DNA from: an archaeon
Lineage (GTDB): Archaea; Iainarchaeota; Iainarchaeia; Iainarchaeales; Iainarchaeaceae
Reading direction: 5' to 3'
Length of the DNA: 64,000 bases
Assembly (NCBI GenBank): GCA_035289625.1
Contig: DATDWP010000028.1
Location: 9,840-73,839 of the forward strand
Below, piece after piece: positions 9,548 to 20,090 of the stretch. The first letter of the stretch is position 1; every line of letters starts with the position of its first letter. The notes below the pieces were generated by a model that saw nothing but the letters and a program-made list of their open reading frames with translations, was not told where the DNA came from and searched no databases. The position numbers and the translations under genes are program-made.

Positions 9548-10591
9548 ATGCAAATAGTAAAAATTGACCGCAAAAACCACCAATTTGAGGTAGTCCCACA
9601 TAGCTTTGATGACCTGTGGCATCTTGAAAGACTTATTGAAAAAGGGGACAGGGTTAGCGGGACATCTGAGAGAAAAATCAAACCCAAAGAGGAAGGCGAC
9701 AAACCCTATAAAGAAAAAATATATGTCGAACTCGAGGTTGAAAAAGTAATATTTCACGAATCTACAAACCAACTACGCATACAAGGAACTGTAGTAGCGG
9801 CAAAGCCGGAAGAACTAGTGCCACTAAAATCCCACCACACAATAGAAGCAGAAGTGGGAAAGAGCATCAATGTTACAAAAAAATCACTCAAAAATTTCCA
9901 TGTTGAGCGGCTTCAACGGGCAAAAAATGCAAGTGGGCACGAAAAAGTGCTGCTCGTAATAATGGATGATGAACAGGCTGATTTGGTATTTTTAAAAGAC
10001 ACAGGAATTGATACAAAGGCCAGAATAATTGCACAAAAAGAAGGGAAAATGTTTAAAACCGGCGAAAAAGGGAAAACCAAACCATACTTTGAAGAGCTCT
10101 TAAAAAAAATACTCGATCTTGGCAGCTCAAAAATAGTGGTAGCCGGCCCTGGATTTGAAAGACAGAATTTTGAAAAATTTTTAAAAGAAAAATCCCCCAA
10201 ACTACAGGTAATATTTGAATCTACAAATTCAGTTGGCATTACCGGGATAAATGAACTGGTAAAGGGCGGAAAAATCGACAAAGTTATAGAAGGGTTCCAT
10301 TCAACAGAAGAAGCAAAAGCAGTTGAGCGCGTACTTGCTTCAATCTCACAAGAGATGTGCGCTATTGGACAAAAAGAAGTACTCGAATCTGTACAAGCAG
10401 GGGCGTGCCAGGAAATAGTGATTCTTGAGAGCAAAATGCACCAAAAAAACCAAAATATAGAGAAAATATTAGATAGCGCAGAACAATTTGGCGCAAAAAT
10501 ATTTTTTGTAGCAGATAAAAGCGAACCGGGAAAACAACTGGATGGAATGGGCGCAATTGCAGCGGTTTTGCGCTACCGCAAGAAATGGTGA
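9548..10591 (+). CDS. pelA: mRNA surveillance protein pelota (Dom34)
   Basis: DDLWHL, HHTIE, VAGPGF, GAIAAVLRY. Confidence 0.95.
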   Translation: MQIVKIDRKNHQFEVVPHSFDDLWHLERLIEKGDRVSGTSERKIKPKEEGDKPYKEKIYVELEVEKVIFHESTNQLRIQGTVVAAKPEELVPLKSHHTIEAEVGKSINVTKKSLKNFHVERLQRAKNASGHEKVLLVIMDDEQADLVFLKDTGIDTKARIIAQKEGKMFKTGEKGKTKPYFEELLKKILDLGSSKIVVAGPGFERQNFEKFLKEKSPKLQVIFESTNSVGITGINELVKGGKIDKVIEGFHSTEEAKAVERVLASISQEMCAIGQKEVLESVQAGACQEIVILESKMHQKNQNIEKILDSAEQFGAKIFFVADKSEPGKQLDGMGAIAAVLRYRKKW

Positions 10592-10603
10592 AACGCAAAA
10601 ATA

Positions 10604-10969
10604 TTAATTAATTCTCTGCTCAAACCACTCGACTTTTTTTTGCTCAACTAGCTCTTTAATTCTGCGCTGCTTTTGCGATAAGGTTGAAGAGGCGGCTTTG
10701 AACTCTGCAAAAACAATCCTATCATCCTCAAATGCTACTCCGTCAATTGGGCTCCCCAAAAACCTGAAATTTTCTGAAGTGAAAGGGAAACCCTTTGTAA
10801 ATGGTATGAACTGCTCTGTCATCTTTCCATATTTAACTGATTGGGAGGATTTTGAGAACTGCACATTTGCAACAAGGCGCTCAAGAGAAGAAATGCGCAA
10901 GAGCAAAAAAACCACCAAAATAAGTAGGCCTAAAGCAATTGCTGCAAAAAAAAGAACCAAAAAATCCAT
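10604..10969 (-). CDS. Membrane-anchored PD-(D/E)xK endonuclease, Holliday-junction-resolvase-like
   Basis: N-terminal TM; GKMTEQFIPF, RFLGSPIDGVAF, FAEFK; start placed at ATG 10969. Confidence 0.8.
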   Translation of the reverse strand: MDFLVLFFAAIALGLLILVVFLLLRISSLERLVANVQFSKSSQSVKYGKMTEQFIPFTKGFPFTSENFRFLGSPIDGVAFEDDRIVFAEFKAASSTLSQKQRRIKELVEQKKVEWFEQRIN

Positions 10970-11053
10970 GGAAGAGAAATGGTCAAGGGAGTTAAAATAA
11001 TAACCGCACACCCCCAAAAGGGCATTAAAGCCTTTTGATAGCAGCTTTTTGGT

Positions 11054-12763
11054 ATGGAGAGCAAAATAGCCAAGTTTTATGAAAAAGTGATAGGCGCAAT
11101 AGAGAGCGGCACTGTCACAAATAAAGAACAACTTGGCAAATACAAGTTAAAGGCCGGAAAACAAATAGGCATTGCCACATTGCCTTCAAACCCCAATATA
11201 TTGATGCACGCAAAAACCCCATCCGAACAGATGGTGCAACTTCTCTCAATTAAGCCCCTTAGAACTCTCTCAGGAGTTGCCCCGGTTGCAATAATGACAA
11301 AACCGATAAGCTGCCCGCACGGAACATGCATATACTGCCCAGGAGGGCCTAAAAGTGTATTTGGCTCTGTGCCACAATCATATACCGGGCACGAACCTGC
11401 TACTATGCGCGCAATTTCAAATAACTACGATTCATACAAGCAGACAATGAATAGGATATGCCAATACTACGCAATAGGCCATAACCCCGAAAAATTAGAA
11501 CTCATAATAATGGGAGGGACATTCCCTAGCTTTCCACAAGAATATCAAAATGAATTTATTGGAGAAGCATTTAGGGCAGCAAATGATTTTTCCGAAATGT
11601 TTTTTGATATGCAAGGAAAATTTGAAGCAGAAAAATTCAGCGAATTCTTCACAAACAAAATGGGAAAAACCCCAGACCTTGCGCAAAACCAAAAACCCTA
11701 TACACTACTAGATGTGCAAAAAGAGCATTTGCGAAATGAAAAATCCCACGTGCGCATTGTAACACTTTGCATTGAAACAAAACCGGATTGGAGCTTTGAA
11801 AAAGAAATAAATTCAATGTTAGAACTCGGGGCAACACGCGTTGAAATAGGAGCGCAAAGCATCTATAATGAGGTGCTAAAATATACAAACCGCGGGCACA
11901 CAATTGAAGATACAATAAAAGTAACCCAACTTCTAAAAGATAGCGCCCTTAAAGTGACATACCACATAATGCCAGGCCAGCCTCAATCAAACCCACAAAA
12001 GGACATTGAAATGTTTTCTGAACTATTTGAAAATGAAAATTATTGCCCGGATGCTCTTAAAATTTACCCCTGCATGGTAATGCCTGGAACTGCACTTGCA
12101 AAATTATATGAAAACAAAAAATTCATACCCCTTACTACTGAACAAGCAGCAGAAATTATTGCACAAGGATTTAGATACATACCAGAATATGTAAGAGTGC
12201 ACAGGGTGCAACGGGACATACCCACAAAATACGCGCTTACCGGAATTGACAAGAACAATCTTCGCCAAATAATAGAAGAAAAAATGAAAGAGCACTCAAT
12301 AGTGCAGCGTGACATACGCTTTCGTGAGAGTGGAATAAAATCCCAAAAAGGAATTTTTACGGATTATTCTAGTGTTGAACTAATCGAGAGAAGATACAAA
12401 GCAAGCGGATCAGAAGAAGTATTCATATCATTTGAAGATACTACAAATGACATCATACTCGGATTTTGCAGGCTACGAAAACCGAACAAACCGTTTAGGC
12501 AAGAATTCACCCCCACTACTGCTTGCATTCGCGAACTGCATGTATTTGGCTCTGAAGTCGGGATTGGAAAGCACAATCAGAGCAGCTCCCAACACAAAGG
12601 ATTTGGGAAAAAAATGGTGGAGCATGCTGAGGAAATTGCCCGCACAGAATTTGGCTACGATAAAATGCTTGTAATAAGCGGAGTTGGAGCGCGAGACTAC
12701 TACTCACGCAAACTAGGATACCAAAAGAGCGGAATTTACATGGCTAAAAATCTAAAAAATTAA
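11054..12763 (+). CDS. elp3: tRNA uridine(34) acetyltransferase Elp3 (radical SAM + KAT)
   Basis: RTLSGVAPVA, CPHGTCIYCPGG, RELHVFG, QHKGFG. Confidence 0.97.
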   Translation: MESKIAKFYEKVIGAIESGTVTNKEQLGKYKLKAGKQIGIATLPSNPNILMHAKTPSEQMVQLLSIKPLRTLSGVAPVAIMTKPISCPHGTCIYCPGGPKSVFGSVPQSYTGHEPATMRAISNNYDSYKQTMNRICQYYAIGHNPEKLELIIMGGTFPSFPQEYQNEFIGEAFRAANDFSEMFFDMQGKFEAEKFSEFFTNKMGKTPDLAQNQKPYTLLDVQKEHLRNEKSHVRIVTLCIETKPDWSFEKEINSMLELGATRVEIGAQSIYNEVLKYTNRGHTIEDTIKVTQLLKDSALKVTYHIMPGQPQSNPQKDIEMFSELFENENYCPDALKIYPCMVMPGTALAKLYENKKFIPLTTEQAAEIIAQGFRYIPEYVRVHRVQRDIPTKYALTGIDKNNLRQIIEEKMKEHSIVQRDIRFRESGIKSQKGIFTDYSSVELIERRYKASGSEEVFISFEDTTNDIILGFCRLRKPNKPFRQEFTPTTACIRELHVFGSEVGIGKHNQSSSQHKGFGKKMVEHAEEIARTEFGYDKMLVISGVGARDYYSRKLGYQKSGIYMAKNLKN

Positions 12764-13563
12764 GGCAGCACTAAACTAAAAAAAGAATCGAAGAGCTGGA
12801 ATGGAAGAAGCGAAAAAGTAAAAAATGGAAAACCCGAAAGCGGAGCTGCGAACTTTCCCTTAAGGGTTGGGCGCACATTCAATTCAGACGAGAAACTCTG
12901 CACTATTACATTCTCCTCTTGTGAAAATGCCCTAAAAGTAAAAGGCTGAACTCCCGACGTTTGCGGAGAGACCACAAGCTCAATATCCTCAACACTATTT
13001 GGCTTTAGAACAGCGCCTCTTGAAGAAAACCAATTACTTGGAAGAGAAGAGGAAACAGATACAGTTGCAGGGGCAATTGAAGAATTTGAAATCGTGACAT
13101 TATAAATTACCTTTGCCCCGACATAATAAAACTCATCTCGCGACTTTCTTACAAATGAAACATCAAGAAGATTCTTTTTTACAGCTACTTTAATTGTTGC
13201 AGATTCAACTATCCCTGAATTTTGCGAATTAGAAAATAGCACTTTTAGAGAATAAATATTACTCTGCGCCCCACTTGGAACCTTTATGCGCAAAACAAGA
13301 GAAGTATCAGTTCGCTCTTTTGCAACAACTTCCCAACCAGCAGGAATTGAAGGAGCAGCGATATCAATTGTGTCCCACTCAAATTCATATCCTGAATTGT
13401 CCGAAAAAATCAAATCAAAAGTCTGGCCCCCTGAGAGCTGGCCGGCAGTTATCGAGGCCCCATTTTGCATTGTAATTTCCTGCGGATATGTCATTGTAAT
13501 ATCAGCTAGGCAAATAGATGAAAAAAAGAGCAAAAATGCCCCAAAAAGCAACTTAGAGTGCAT
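12760..13563 (-). CDS. Secreted/surface protein with Ig-like beta domains
   Basis: Signal peptide MHSKLLFGAFLLFFSSICLA; beta-rich; hydrophobic C-terminus. Confidence 0.65.
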   Translation of the reverse strand: MHSKLLFGAFLLFFSSICLADITMTYPQEITMQNGASITAGQLSGGQTFDLIFSDNSGYEFEWDTIDIAAPSIPAGWEVVAKERTDTSLVLRIKVPSGAQSNIYSLKVLFSNSQNSGIVESATIKVAVKKNLLDVSFVRKSRDEFYYVGAKVIYNVTISNSSIAPATVSVSSSLPSNWFSSRGAVLKPNSVEDIELVVSPQTSGVQPFTFRAFSQEENVIVQSFSSELNVRPTLKGKFAAPLSGFPFFTFSLLPFQLFDSFFSLVLP

Positions 13564-13633
13564 AAAATCTAATATGAAGTAAGACAGAAAGGTAGAAAAA
13601 CAATTGGTTAAAGGCCTCTTAATAGGCGAAAAA

Positions 13634-14233
13634 ATGCAAAAAACAGAGCAAGAAGGCAGATTTGAGATGATAAAGGCAAGGCATAAGGCCACATACCAAA
13701 CCGCCCTACTACAGGGAAAAGTTGACGAGCAGATGAGAGAACTCTGCTCATTTATAGCAGGCACAAAAGGATTTTACACCTCAAGCTGCTGTAGCGGAAG
13801 AATAATGCTACTGGAAAAGCGAGGGGAGAAGAAAAAAGAGAATTTTTTCCACCGCAAATGGCACCGAGAAATTACAAAAGAAGAACTCTTGGAAGGATTT
13901 AAAGAAAAAATAAAAGGGGAACTATGGTTTAAAGTCGAGCCATTTATCCTGCACATTGGCTGCAAAACACTAGAAGATGCAAACAAAATCCTTAGCGCAA
14001 TGAAAAAAGCAGGGGTTAAACGCGGCGGAATAATGATTGCACAAAAAGAAAAATTCCTAATAGAACTGCAAGGCACCGCATCGATTGGGCTCCCAATTAA
14101 AAAAGCAGAAAAAGAACTTGTAACCGAACAATACCTAACCCACTCAGTACTTGGAAAAGCCAACACTTTTATTAGCAACAACTACAAAAGGCTAAAAAAA
14201 CTCGAAGAAGAACTTAGCAAGGATTTGGAGTAG
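13634..14233 (+). CDS. taw3: tRNA wyosine-derivative methyltransferase Taw3/TYW3
   Basis: YTSSCCSGRI, KWH, EPFILHI. Confidence 0.9.
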   Translation: MQKTEQEGRFEMIKARHKATYQTALLQGKVDEQMRELCSFIAGTKGFYTSSCCSGRIMLLEKRGEKKKENFFHRKWHREITKEELLEGFKEKIKGELWFKVEPFILHIGCKTLEDANKILSAMKKAGVKRGGIMIAQKEKFLIELQGTASIGLPIKKAEKELVTEQYLTHSVLGKANTFISNNYKRLKKLEEELSKDLE

Positions 14234-14238
14234 AGAAA

Positions 14239-14772
14239 TTGAGATTATTTTTAGCAGTGCAGATCCCTTCTACAATAAAAGAGCAAATAAATAAACTATA
14301 TCTCAAAAACTTAAATTCTGCACAACTAAAAATTGTCCCTGCAAATAATTTACACATTACTCTTTGCTTTATCGGGCAAAAAAACAATAAAACCGCAAGA
14401 GAAATACTTGGAAAAATAGGAAAAATAGAATTCACTCCTTTCAAAATAAAATTATCCCAACCAGGACAATTTGAAAGAAGGGTTTTGTGGATCGGAATTT
14501 CTCAAGGAACAGAGCAATTGCATTCTCTGCATCAACAAATTTTACAAGCAACAGGAATTGAGAGCAAATTCAGTGCGCATATTACAATTGCAAGAAATAA
14601 AAATATGGAAAAAAAACAATTTTTAGAACTTGAACAGAGGATGAAAAATAGCACAGAACTTGAATTTGTTGCACAAAAAATTTCACTAATGCAATCAAAA
14701 CTAACTTCAAATGACCCTATTTATGAAGAATTAGAAGAGAGCACTTTTTCAAGAACAGATTCCGGCCTGTAG
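14239..14772 (+). CDS. thpR: RNA 2',3'-cyclic phosphodiesterase (2H family)
   Basis: MRLFLAV; two HxT motifs (LHITL, AHITIAR). Confidence 0.92.
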   Translation: MRLFLAVQIPSTIKEQINKLYLKNLNSAQLKIVPANNLHITLCFIGQKNNKTAREILGKIGKIEFTPFKIKLSQPGQFERRVLWIGISQGTEQLHSLHQQILQATGIESKFSAHITIARNKNMEKKQFLELEQRMKNSTELEFVAQKISLMQSKLTSNDPIYEELEESTFSRTDSGL

Positions 14773-16283
14773 TAGTACTGCTGAATGAGATTTTCAACAT
14801 CCGGGGCTGCAGAAATATTATTTTTTAGCATCCACTCCAAAACCTTTTGGCGAACATAAATTTCCCTTTCAATTTCTTTTTTTGGCTTGAGGGTTTTTGC
14901 GGCAAGAATATCAAGAACATTCATCGGAACATCTGTTCTTCTAATAGAATCGCTCCTTCTGTCCCACTCATACACATTACTCAAAAGCGCCTGGGATTCC
15001 ATCGAACTAACTTCAGTAACAGCCAAAACCCTTCTCTCAATCCCCTTGCCCTTTACATAAATCCTAAACTGCACCACAATTATATTGAGAAGAGGAATCA
15101 TTGATTCTGGAACGCTCATTGGTTCAGCCTTGAGGCGCAGCAGCATCTCTTTTGCTGAATTACTATGAAGCGTTCCCAAAATGCCCTTATGGCCAGTGTC
15201 CATTGCCAAAAACATTGTCTGGGCCTCCTCGCTACGCACTTCCCCCACAATGAGTCTGTCCGGCCTCATCCTCATGGCATTTTTCAAAAGATCATCCATA
15301 CTAACCCCCTCCTGGCCCTTCATTTTTGGCCGCGATTCCATCTGGATCCAATTCTCCCTCTTACCAAGCTGGATTTCAAGTGTATCTTCAATTGAAATAA
15401 TCCTCTCTGGTTGGCGGATAAAACCTGAAAGGGCATTTAGGGTTGTGGTCTTTCCGGAGCCAGACCCGCCACTAACAATAATGTTCATAGGTTCAATCCC
15501 CACACCTTCAACCATAACCCACATGAACGCCGCAAGCTCGCTTGAAAATGTACTATTTTTTATTAACTGGATAATACTCATCGGAACTGAACTAAATTTT
15601 CTAATAGTAAGGCTTGGGCCAAAAGGGGTAACAAAAGAAAAAGTCGCATTTGCACGATTGCCATCCGGCAATCTGGCATCTAGAAGGGGGCGATCAGCAT
15701 CAAATGTCTTCCCCACGCTCTTTGCAATTTTTTGCAAAATCAAATCTAAAGATTTTTTAGAGCTAAAAGCTATATTTGTCCTGCAGTGGCCATATTTTTT
15801 ATGGAAAACAAAAATATTGCGCTCATAACCATTTACCATTATCTCCTCAAGGCCCTCATCTTCAATAAACGGAGCAAGCACTCCATAACCAACAGAATCC
15901 GCAAGAGAAAGTGAAGCTACCAGCGGGAAATTTCGCATCTTTGGAAAATACTCCTGCAAAATTGACATCAAGGCAAGCTTTGTGGAATTAAAATCATCAG
16001 TTGCCATCAGCGAATCGTGGAAATCGTTGTATGTAATCGGCTTTATTATGCGCTCGCGAAAATCAGCTAAGAATTTTTTTGGAAAAACCTTTGACATTGA
16101 CTGCTCTGCCTGTTCAAAACTAACCTTGCCCAAAATCAGCGAAACCAAAGCATCCTTTAGCTGCGCCTCCTCTTGCGAAAACTGAGGGTCCTTCACAGCA
16201 TATTGCGGATAAGGAAATCCTTCAGAAATGCTCACGCGGCCGTAAGATTCCAATACACTGCCCTTCTGGCCATCATTATCCAT
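14721..16283 (-). CDS. Type II/IV secretion (pilus assembly) ATPase, CpaF/VirB11 family
   Basis: EEIMVNG, DARLPDG, GGSGSGKTT, IEDTLE, RMRPDRLIVGEVR, TGH. Confidence 0.95.
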   Translation of the reverse strand: MDNDGQKGSVLESYGRVSISEGFPYPQYAVKDPQFSQEEAQLKDALVSLILGKVSFEQAEQSMSKVFPKKFLADFRERIIKPITYNDFHDSLMATDDFNSTKLALMSILQEYFPKMRNFPLVASLSLADSVGYGVLAPFIEDEGLEEIMVNGYERNIFVFHKKYGHCRTNIAFSSKKSLDLILQKIAKSVGKTFDADRPLLDARLPDGNRANATFSFVTPFGPSLTIRKFSSVPMSIIQLIKNSTFSSELAAFMWVMVEGVGIEPMNIIVSGGSGSGKTTTLNALSGFIRQPERIISIEDTLEIQLGKRENWIQMESRPKMKGQEGVSMDDLLKNAMRMRPDRLIVGEVRSEEAQTMFLAMDTGHKGILGTLHSNSAKEMLLRLKAEPMSVPESMIPLLNIIVVQFRIYVKGKGIERRVLAVTEVSSMESQALLSNVYEWDRRSDSIRRTDVPMNVLDILAAKTLKPKKEIEREIYVRQKVLEWMLKNNISAAPDVENLIQQYYYRPESVLEKVLSSNSS

Positions 16284-16353
16284 TTTTCTCCCCTACAAAT
16301 AGCTATTTATTATACAATATTTTACTATATAAACACCAAGGATAGTGGACTAA

Positions 16354-17733
16354 ATGGAAAAGATACTAAAAACGGTTTTGAAAAAAATTACACCTACGCA
16401 AAAGGAAATTTCCGAGCAAAAAAAATTCGCGCAGCTCATAATATCGCGCATAATGAAAATTCCAGGAAAACACCAAAAAGCTGAACTTGTAGGAAGCATT
16501 GGAAGAAGCACACACCTTGCAGGGGATAATGATATTGACATATTTGTATTCTTCCCAGAAGAGCTAAGCCGCGAAGAATTTGAAAAAGAGGGAATTCGCA
16601 TCGGAAAAGCAATCTTTAAAGGCGAGAATTGGGAAACAGCCTACTCCGAACACCCCTACATACGCGGAACAATCGGAAAATACGATGTTGAAATAGTACC
16701 GGCGTACAATGTGCTTGACCCAAAAAACATGAAAAGCGCAGTTGATAGAAGCCCCTTCCACAACCAATACATTATATCGCAAATGATCAGTGGGCAAGAG
16801 CAGCAAGTTAGATTACTAAAGCAATTTATGAAAGGAATAAAATGCTACGGAGCAGACCTTAGTTCAAACGGCTTTCCCGGCTATGTTGCCGAAATACTAA
16901 TACTAAAATATGGGAATTTTGAAAAGTGCATCCAAGAGGCAGCGCAGTGGAAAGAGAAGCAAGTAGTCGATCTTGCAAATTACTACACAAAAGAAGGAGC
17001 AGAACATAAATTCAACACGCATTTTGTAGTAGTTGACCCTGTTGATAAAAATAGAAACGTGGCAGCAGCGCTCTCTCTAAACCAATACGCGCGCTTTATT
17101 GCCGCGGCAAGAGCCTTTTTGGAAAAACCTTCATTCAATTTCTTTTTCCCAAAAAATCACAAACCATGGAGCACAGCTGCCCTTAAAAAATTCCTCAAAA
17201 AAACCGAACTTACTGCAATACATCTTGGCTATCCCAAAGGCGCAGTTGAAGATGTGATGTGGGGAAGCTTGCGAAGGCTTGGCGCAAAAATTGCAACACA
17301 AACACAGGGAGCCGGTTTTATTGTAAAGCGCAGCTCACAATGGCTCGAACACCCAAAACACATGGCAATAATTTTAGAACTCGAATCAACAAAACTAAAT
17401 TCAGTCAAAGTAATAACCGGGCCATCTGTAATGGATTCAAATAACTCTATGAGCTTTATCAAATCCCATCCACACCCACTATCAGGGCCGCGCATTGAAA
17501 ACGGGCGCTGGGTATTGGAAATTGAAAGGGAGCACACACAAATTTCACAGTTCCTCACACACCTTTTCAAAAAACTCAAAAAAGAAGAAAAAGAACTCAT
17601 CAAAAAAGCTATCTCGCAGCGCTTCCAAATACTTAACGAAAAATCAATAATAGGCCTATACAAAAAGAACAAGAACTTCTCCTCTTTTCTCACTGCATAC
17701 CTAAAAGGAAAAGAAGAGTTTTTGGAGCGCTAA
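16354..17733 (+). CDS. cca: Archaeal CCA-adding tRNA nucleotidyltransferase
   Basis: VGSIGRSTHL..DNDIDIF, YSEHPY, SAVDRSPFH, DPVDKNRNVAAA. Confidence 0.96.
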   Translation: MEKILKTVLKKITPTQKEISEQKKFAQLIISRIMKIPGKHQKAELVGSIGRSTHLAGDNDIDIFVFFPEELSREEFEKEGIRIGKAIFKGENWETAYSEHPYIRGTIGKYDVEIVPAYNVLDPKNMKSAVDRSPFHNQYIISQMISGQEQQVRLLKQFMKGIKCYGADLSSNGFPGYVAEILILKYGNFEKCIQEAAQWKEKQVVDLANYYTKEGAEHKFNTHFVVVDPVDKNRNVAAALSLNQYARFIAAARAFLEKPSFNFFFPKNHKPWSTAALKKFLKKTELTAIHLGYPKGAVEDVMWGSLRRLGAKIATQTQGAGFIVKRSSQWLEHPKHMAIILELESTKLNSVKVITGPSVMDSNNSMSFIKSHPHPLSGPRIENGRWVLEIEREHTQISQFLTHLFKKLKKEEKELIKKAISQRFQILNEKSIIGLYKKNKNFSSFLTAYLKGKEEFLER

Positions 17734-17739
17734 ACCAAA

Positions 17740-18963
17740 GTGGGAATCATGAAGCAGCTAAAAAAAGAACCTGAAAAAGAAGAAAGTCTTACGAAGGAGA
17801 TATTTGTAGAGAAATTAAGTTCATTATTGGGTGCCAAAAAAGAGACCATCTCATTTGGAGTTGTTCGAAACAGCCTTTCACAGAAACAATTTCAAACTGC
17901 TATCTCATATTTTAATATTCTTTTTCCACACCCACAAATAACAGAAGGGTTCACCGGGGCAACTGATGATTTGTTGGATAAAGTTTTTTCCGCGGTCAAA
18001 AATCACAAACCAATTGACATGTACATGGCTTTTGGCGGACGTATTTCTGGCGAAGTTCCCCTCGGTATTTTAAAATATGTTTATTATACTGCGCAGGTTT
18101 CCGAGGAAGCTTCAAAATTATTCGGTAGACACCCAAAAACAACCATTCTTTTGACAAATTCCCATTACCTAAGTGAAATAATGGGGTTTCCTTTAGAGGA
18201 GGCAAAAAAAGCCGAGAGTTTTCAGAGGCACGTATTGGAAAAGGGATTGAATCGTATTTGCACGCGCATAGGTGTCCCGAATACGGCATTTCAAATTGTT
18301 TCTTATGACGAATTACGAAACACCCCAGAAGGACGCCGATTTGTCAAAGAATTTTTAGAAAATAAAAAAATTACGATTGGCAAAAGTGGTTTTGAATCCC
18401 TGGTTAATATGGCTAAAAAAGCCAAACAGGTCGATAGATTTGAAGCTGAACGTCTGGCCGAAAACTACGCTAAAGAACAAGTTGTTGAATCCAGCTTAAT
18501 TATGCATTTGTTCAAACCTGCTTTCAAAATAGTTGAACCAAGCGAAGAAATTTTTGACGTTGTCGAACGGCAAAATGGCTTGCCAGAAGTCACCAAGAGG
18601 CCTTCTATTGTACTAAGAGGCCAGCGGAAAAATGCAACAGATATTCACATTGTTGGGCCAGCATATCACCCACACGACAACCACCCGATTGACAATGTAA
18701 TAAAATACCGTGGCGGTGATATTTCAAGCTTTTTGGCAAAACACAAATTAGTGAGTAGAGGAGACTTAATACGGATGGCAGTGATGCACAAACACGCACC
18801 AAAGCATTTATTGGATACTATGCAAAATAATCCTAATATGACTTATGCCGGTTTGCGAAATACAGATAGAAGCGGCTTTAACAAAGTCCGAAATTTTGTC
18901 AAGGCTTCGCTCACTACATTCCACGAATCAAGAAAAAAACCAAGAAGAAGGGTGCGTCTTTGA
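17740..18963 (+). CDS. Hypothetical protein (possible Rossmannoid enzyme), basic C-terminal tail
   Basis: 407-aa ORF overlapping the downstream aminotransferase start; no family recognised with confidence. Confidence 0.6.
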   Translation: MGIMKQLKKEPEKEESLTKEIFVEKLSSLLGAKKETISFGVVRNSLSQKQFQTAISYFNILFPHPQITEGFTGATDDLLDKVFSAVKNHKPIDMYMAFGGRISGEVPLGILKYVYYTAQVSEEASKLFGRHPKTTILLTNSHYLSEIMGFPLEEAKKAESFQRHVLEKGLNRICTRIGVPNTAFQIVSYDELRNTPEGRRFVKEFLENKKITIGKSGFESLVNMAKKAKQVDRFEAERLAENYAKEQVVESSLIMHLFKPAFKIVEPSEEIFDVVERQNGLPEVTKRPSIVLRGQRKNATDIHIVGPAYHPHDNHPIDNVIKYRGGDISSFLAKHKLVSRGDLIRMAVMHKHAPKHLLDTMQNNPNMTYAGLRNTDRSGFNKVRNFVKASLTTFHESRKKPRRRVRL

Positions 18964-19958
18964 AACGTAATCTTATAATTGCAGATTATTCGTCTCTTCA
19001 ATCGCCAGTCACAAAAGATATTTTGAAAATTTTAACAAATGTAAATATTTCGCAATACCCTGACCCACTCTATTCAAACCTAAAAAAATGCATTGCAAAA
19101 TATTGTGGAATAAGCTCAAATAATATAGCGGTAGGAAATGGCGCTGATGACTTGATACAGCTAATTACATCCGTTTTTGGAAAGCGAATTGTAATTCCAA
19201 CTCCGTGTTTCATTACATATTCACTTTCAGCCAAAACCCTTAGAAAAAAAATAAAATTCATAAACTGTATAAAAAAAGGCCGATTTAAGCTTCCAAAAAT
19301 TCGATTAAAAAAATATGATATTCTCTGGATCGCAAATCCAAACAATCCACTCGGAGAATATCTACCTATAGAGGAAATTTTATCCAAAATTTCAGGAAAT
19401 GGAATAACAATAATTGATGAAGCGTACATTGAATTTACCGGAAAGCAAAAAGTGAGCCCACATCTTTTGAAAAAATCGGGTTTGATAATTTTAAGAAGCT
19501 TTTCAAAAGGCTGGCCATTAGCCGGTCTTCGAGTAGGTTATGTTATATCAAACCCAGCAGTAATTCGACAACTCGAAAATCAGAGACTTTTATTTCCAGT
19601 TAATGCAGTGGCAAATACCTTGGTTCCGATTTTATTGGAAAAAAATAAATTATATCAAATAGAAAGGGAAATAGCAAGAAAAACTTCTCTTGATTTTGTG
19701 AAAATTTTTCAAAATAGCGGTCTTCGAACCAGTAACAGTGTAACAAACTTTTTTTGTGTACAATTCCAAAATACAATTCAAGCGGCTAGATTTTATAGAG
19801 AAATTTCAAAACAAGGCGTTCGTATATTACCCCCTAATGACAAGGAATTTGTAGGATTGCCTTCTAACTACCTTAGAATTTGCATCCCTAAAATAAAAAA
19901 TGTAAGCCGCATGAAAGCAGCTATTAAAAAAACACTTCAAACCTTGAAACATAGGTAA
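18960..19958 (+). CDS. PLP-dependent class I/II aminotransferase (HisC/CobD-like)
   Basis: YPDP, GNGADDLI, NPNNPLG, DEAY, RSFSK..LAGLRVGY. Confidence 0.9.
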   Translation: MKRNLIIADYSSLQSPVTKDILKILTNVNISQYPDPLYSNLKKCIAKYCGISSNNIAVGNGADDLIQLITSVFGKRIVIPTPCFITYSLSAKTLRKKIKFINCIKKGRFKLPKIRLKKYDILWIANPNNPLGEYLPIEEILSKISGNGITIIDEAYIEFTGKQKVSPHLLKKSGLIILRSFSKGWPLAGLRVGYVISNPAVIRQLENQRLLFPVNAVANTLVPILLEKNKLYQIEREIARKTSLDFVKIFQNSGLRTSNSVTNFFCVQFQNTIQAARFYREISKQGVRILPPNDKEFVGLPSNYLRICIPKIKNVSRMKAAIKKTLQTLKHR

Positions 19959-20014
19959 GGTTTCATCCCAGGCAATAGTTACTTGTGGAATCCTTTTTAT
20001 CATCCAATCACTTT

Positions 20015-20090
20015 TGGCGGGCCCGGAGGGAGTCGAACCCTCAACCTTTCGCTTCGAAGGCGACTGCGCTATCCATTGCGCCACGAGCCC
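20015..20090 (-). tRNA. tRNA-Arg(TCG), CCA encoded
   Basis: GGGCTCGTGGCGCAATGGATAGCGCAGTCGCCTTCGAAGCGAAAGGTTGAGGGTTCGACTCCCTCCGGGCCCGCCA folds as a cloverleaf. Confidence 0.96.
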
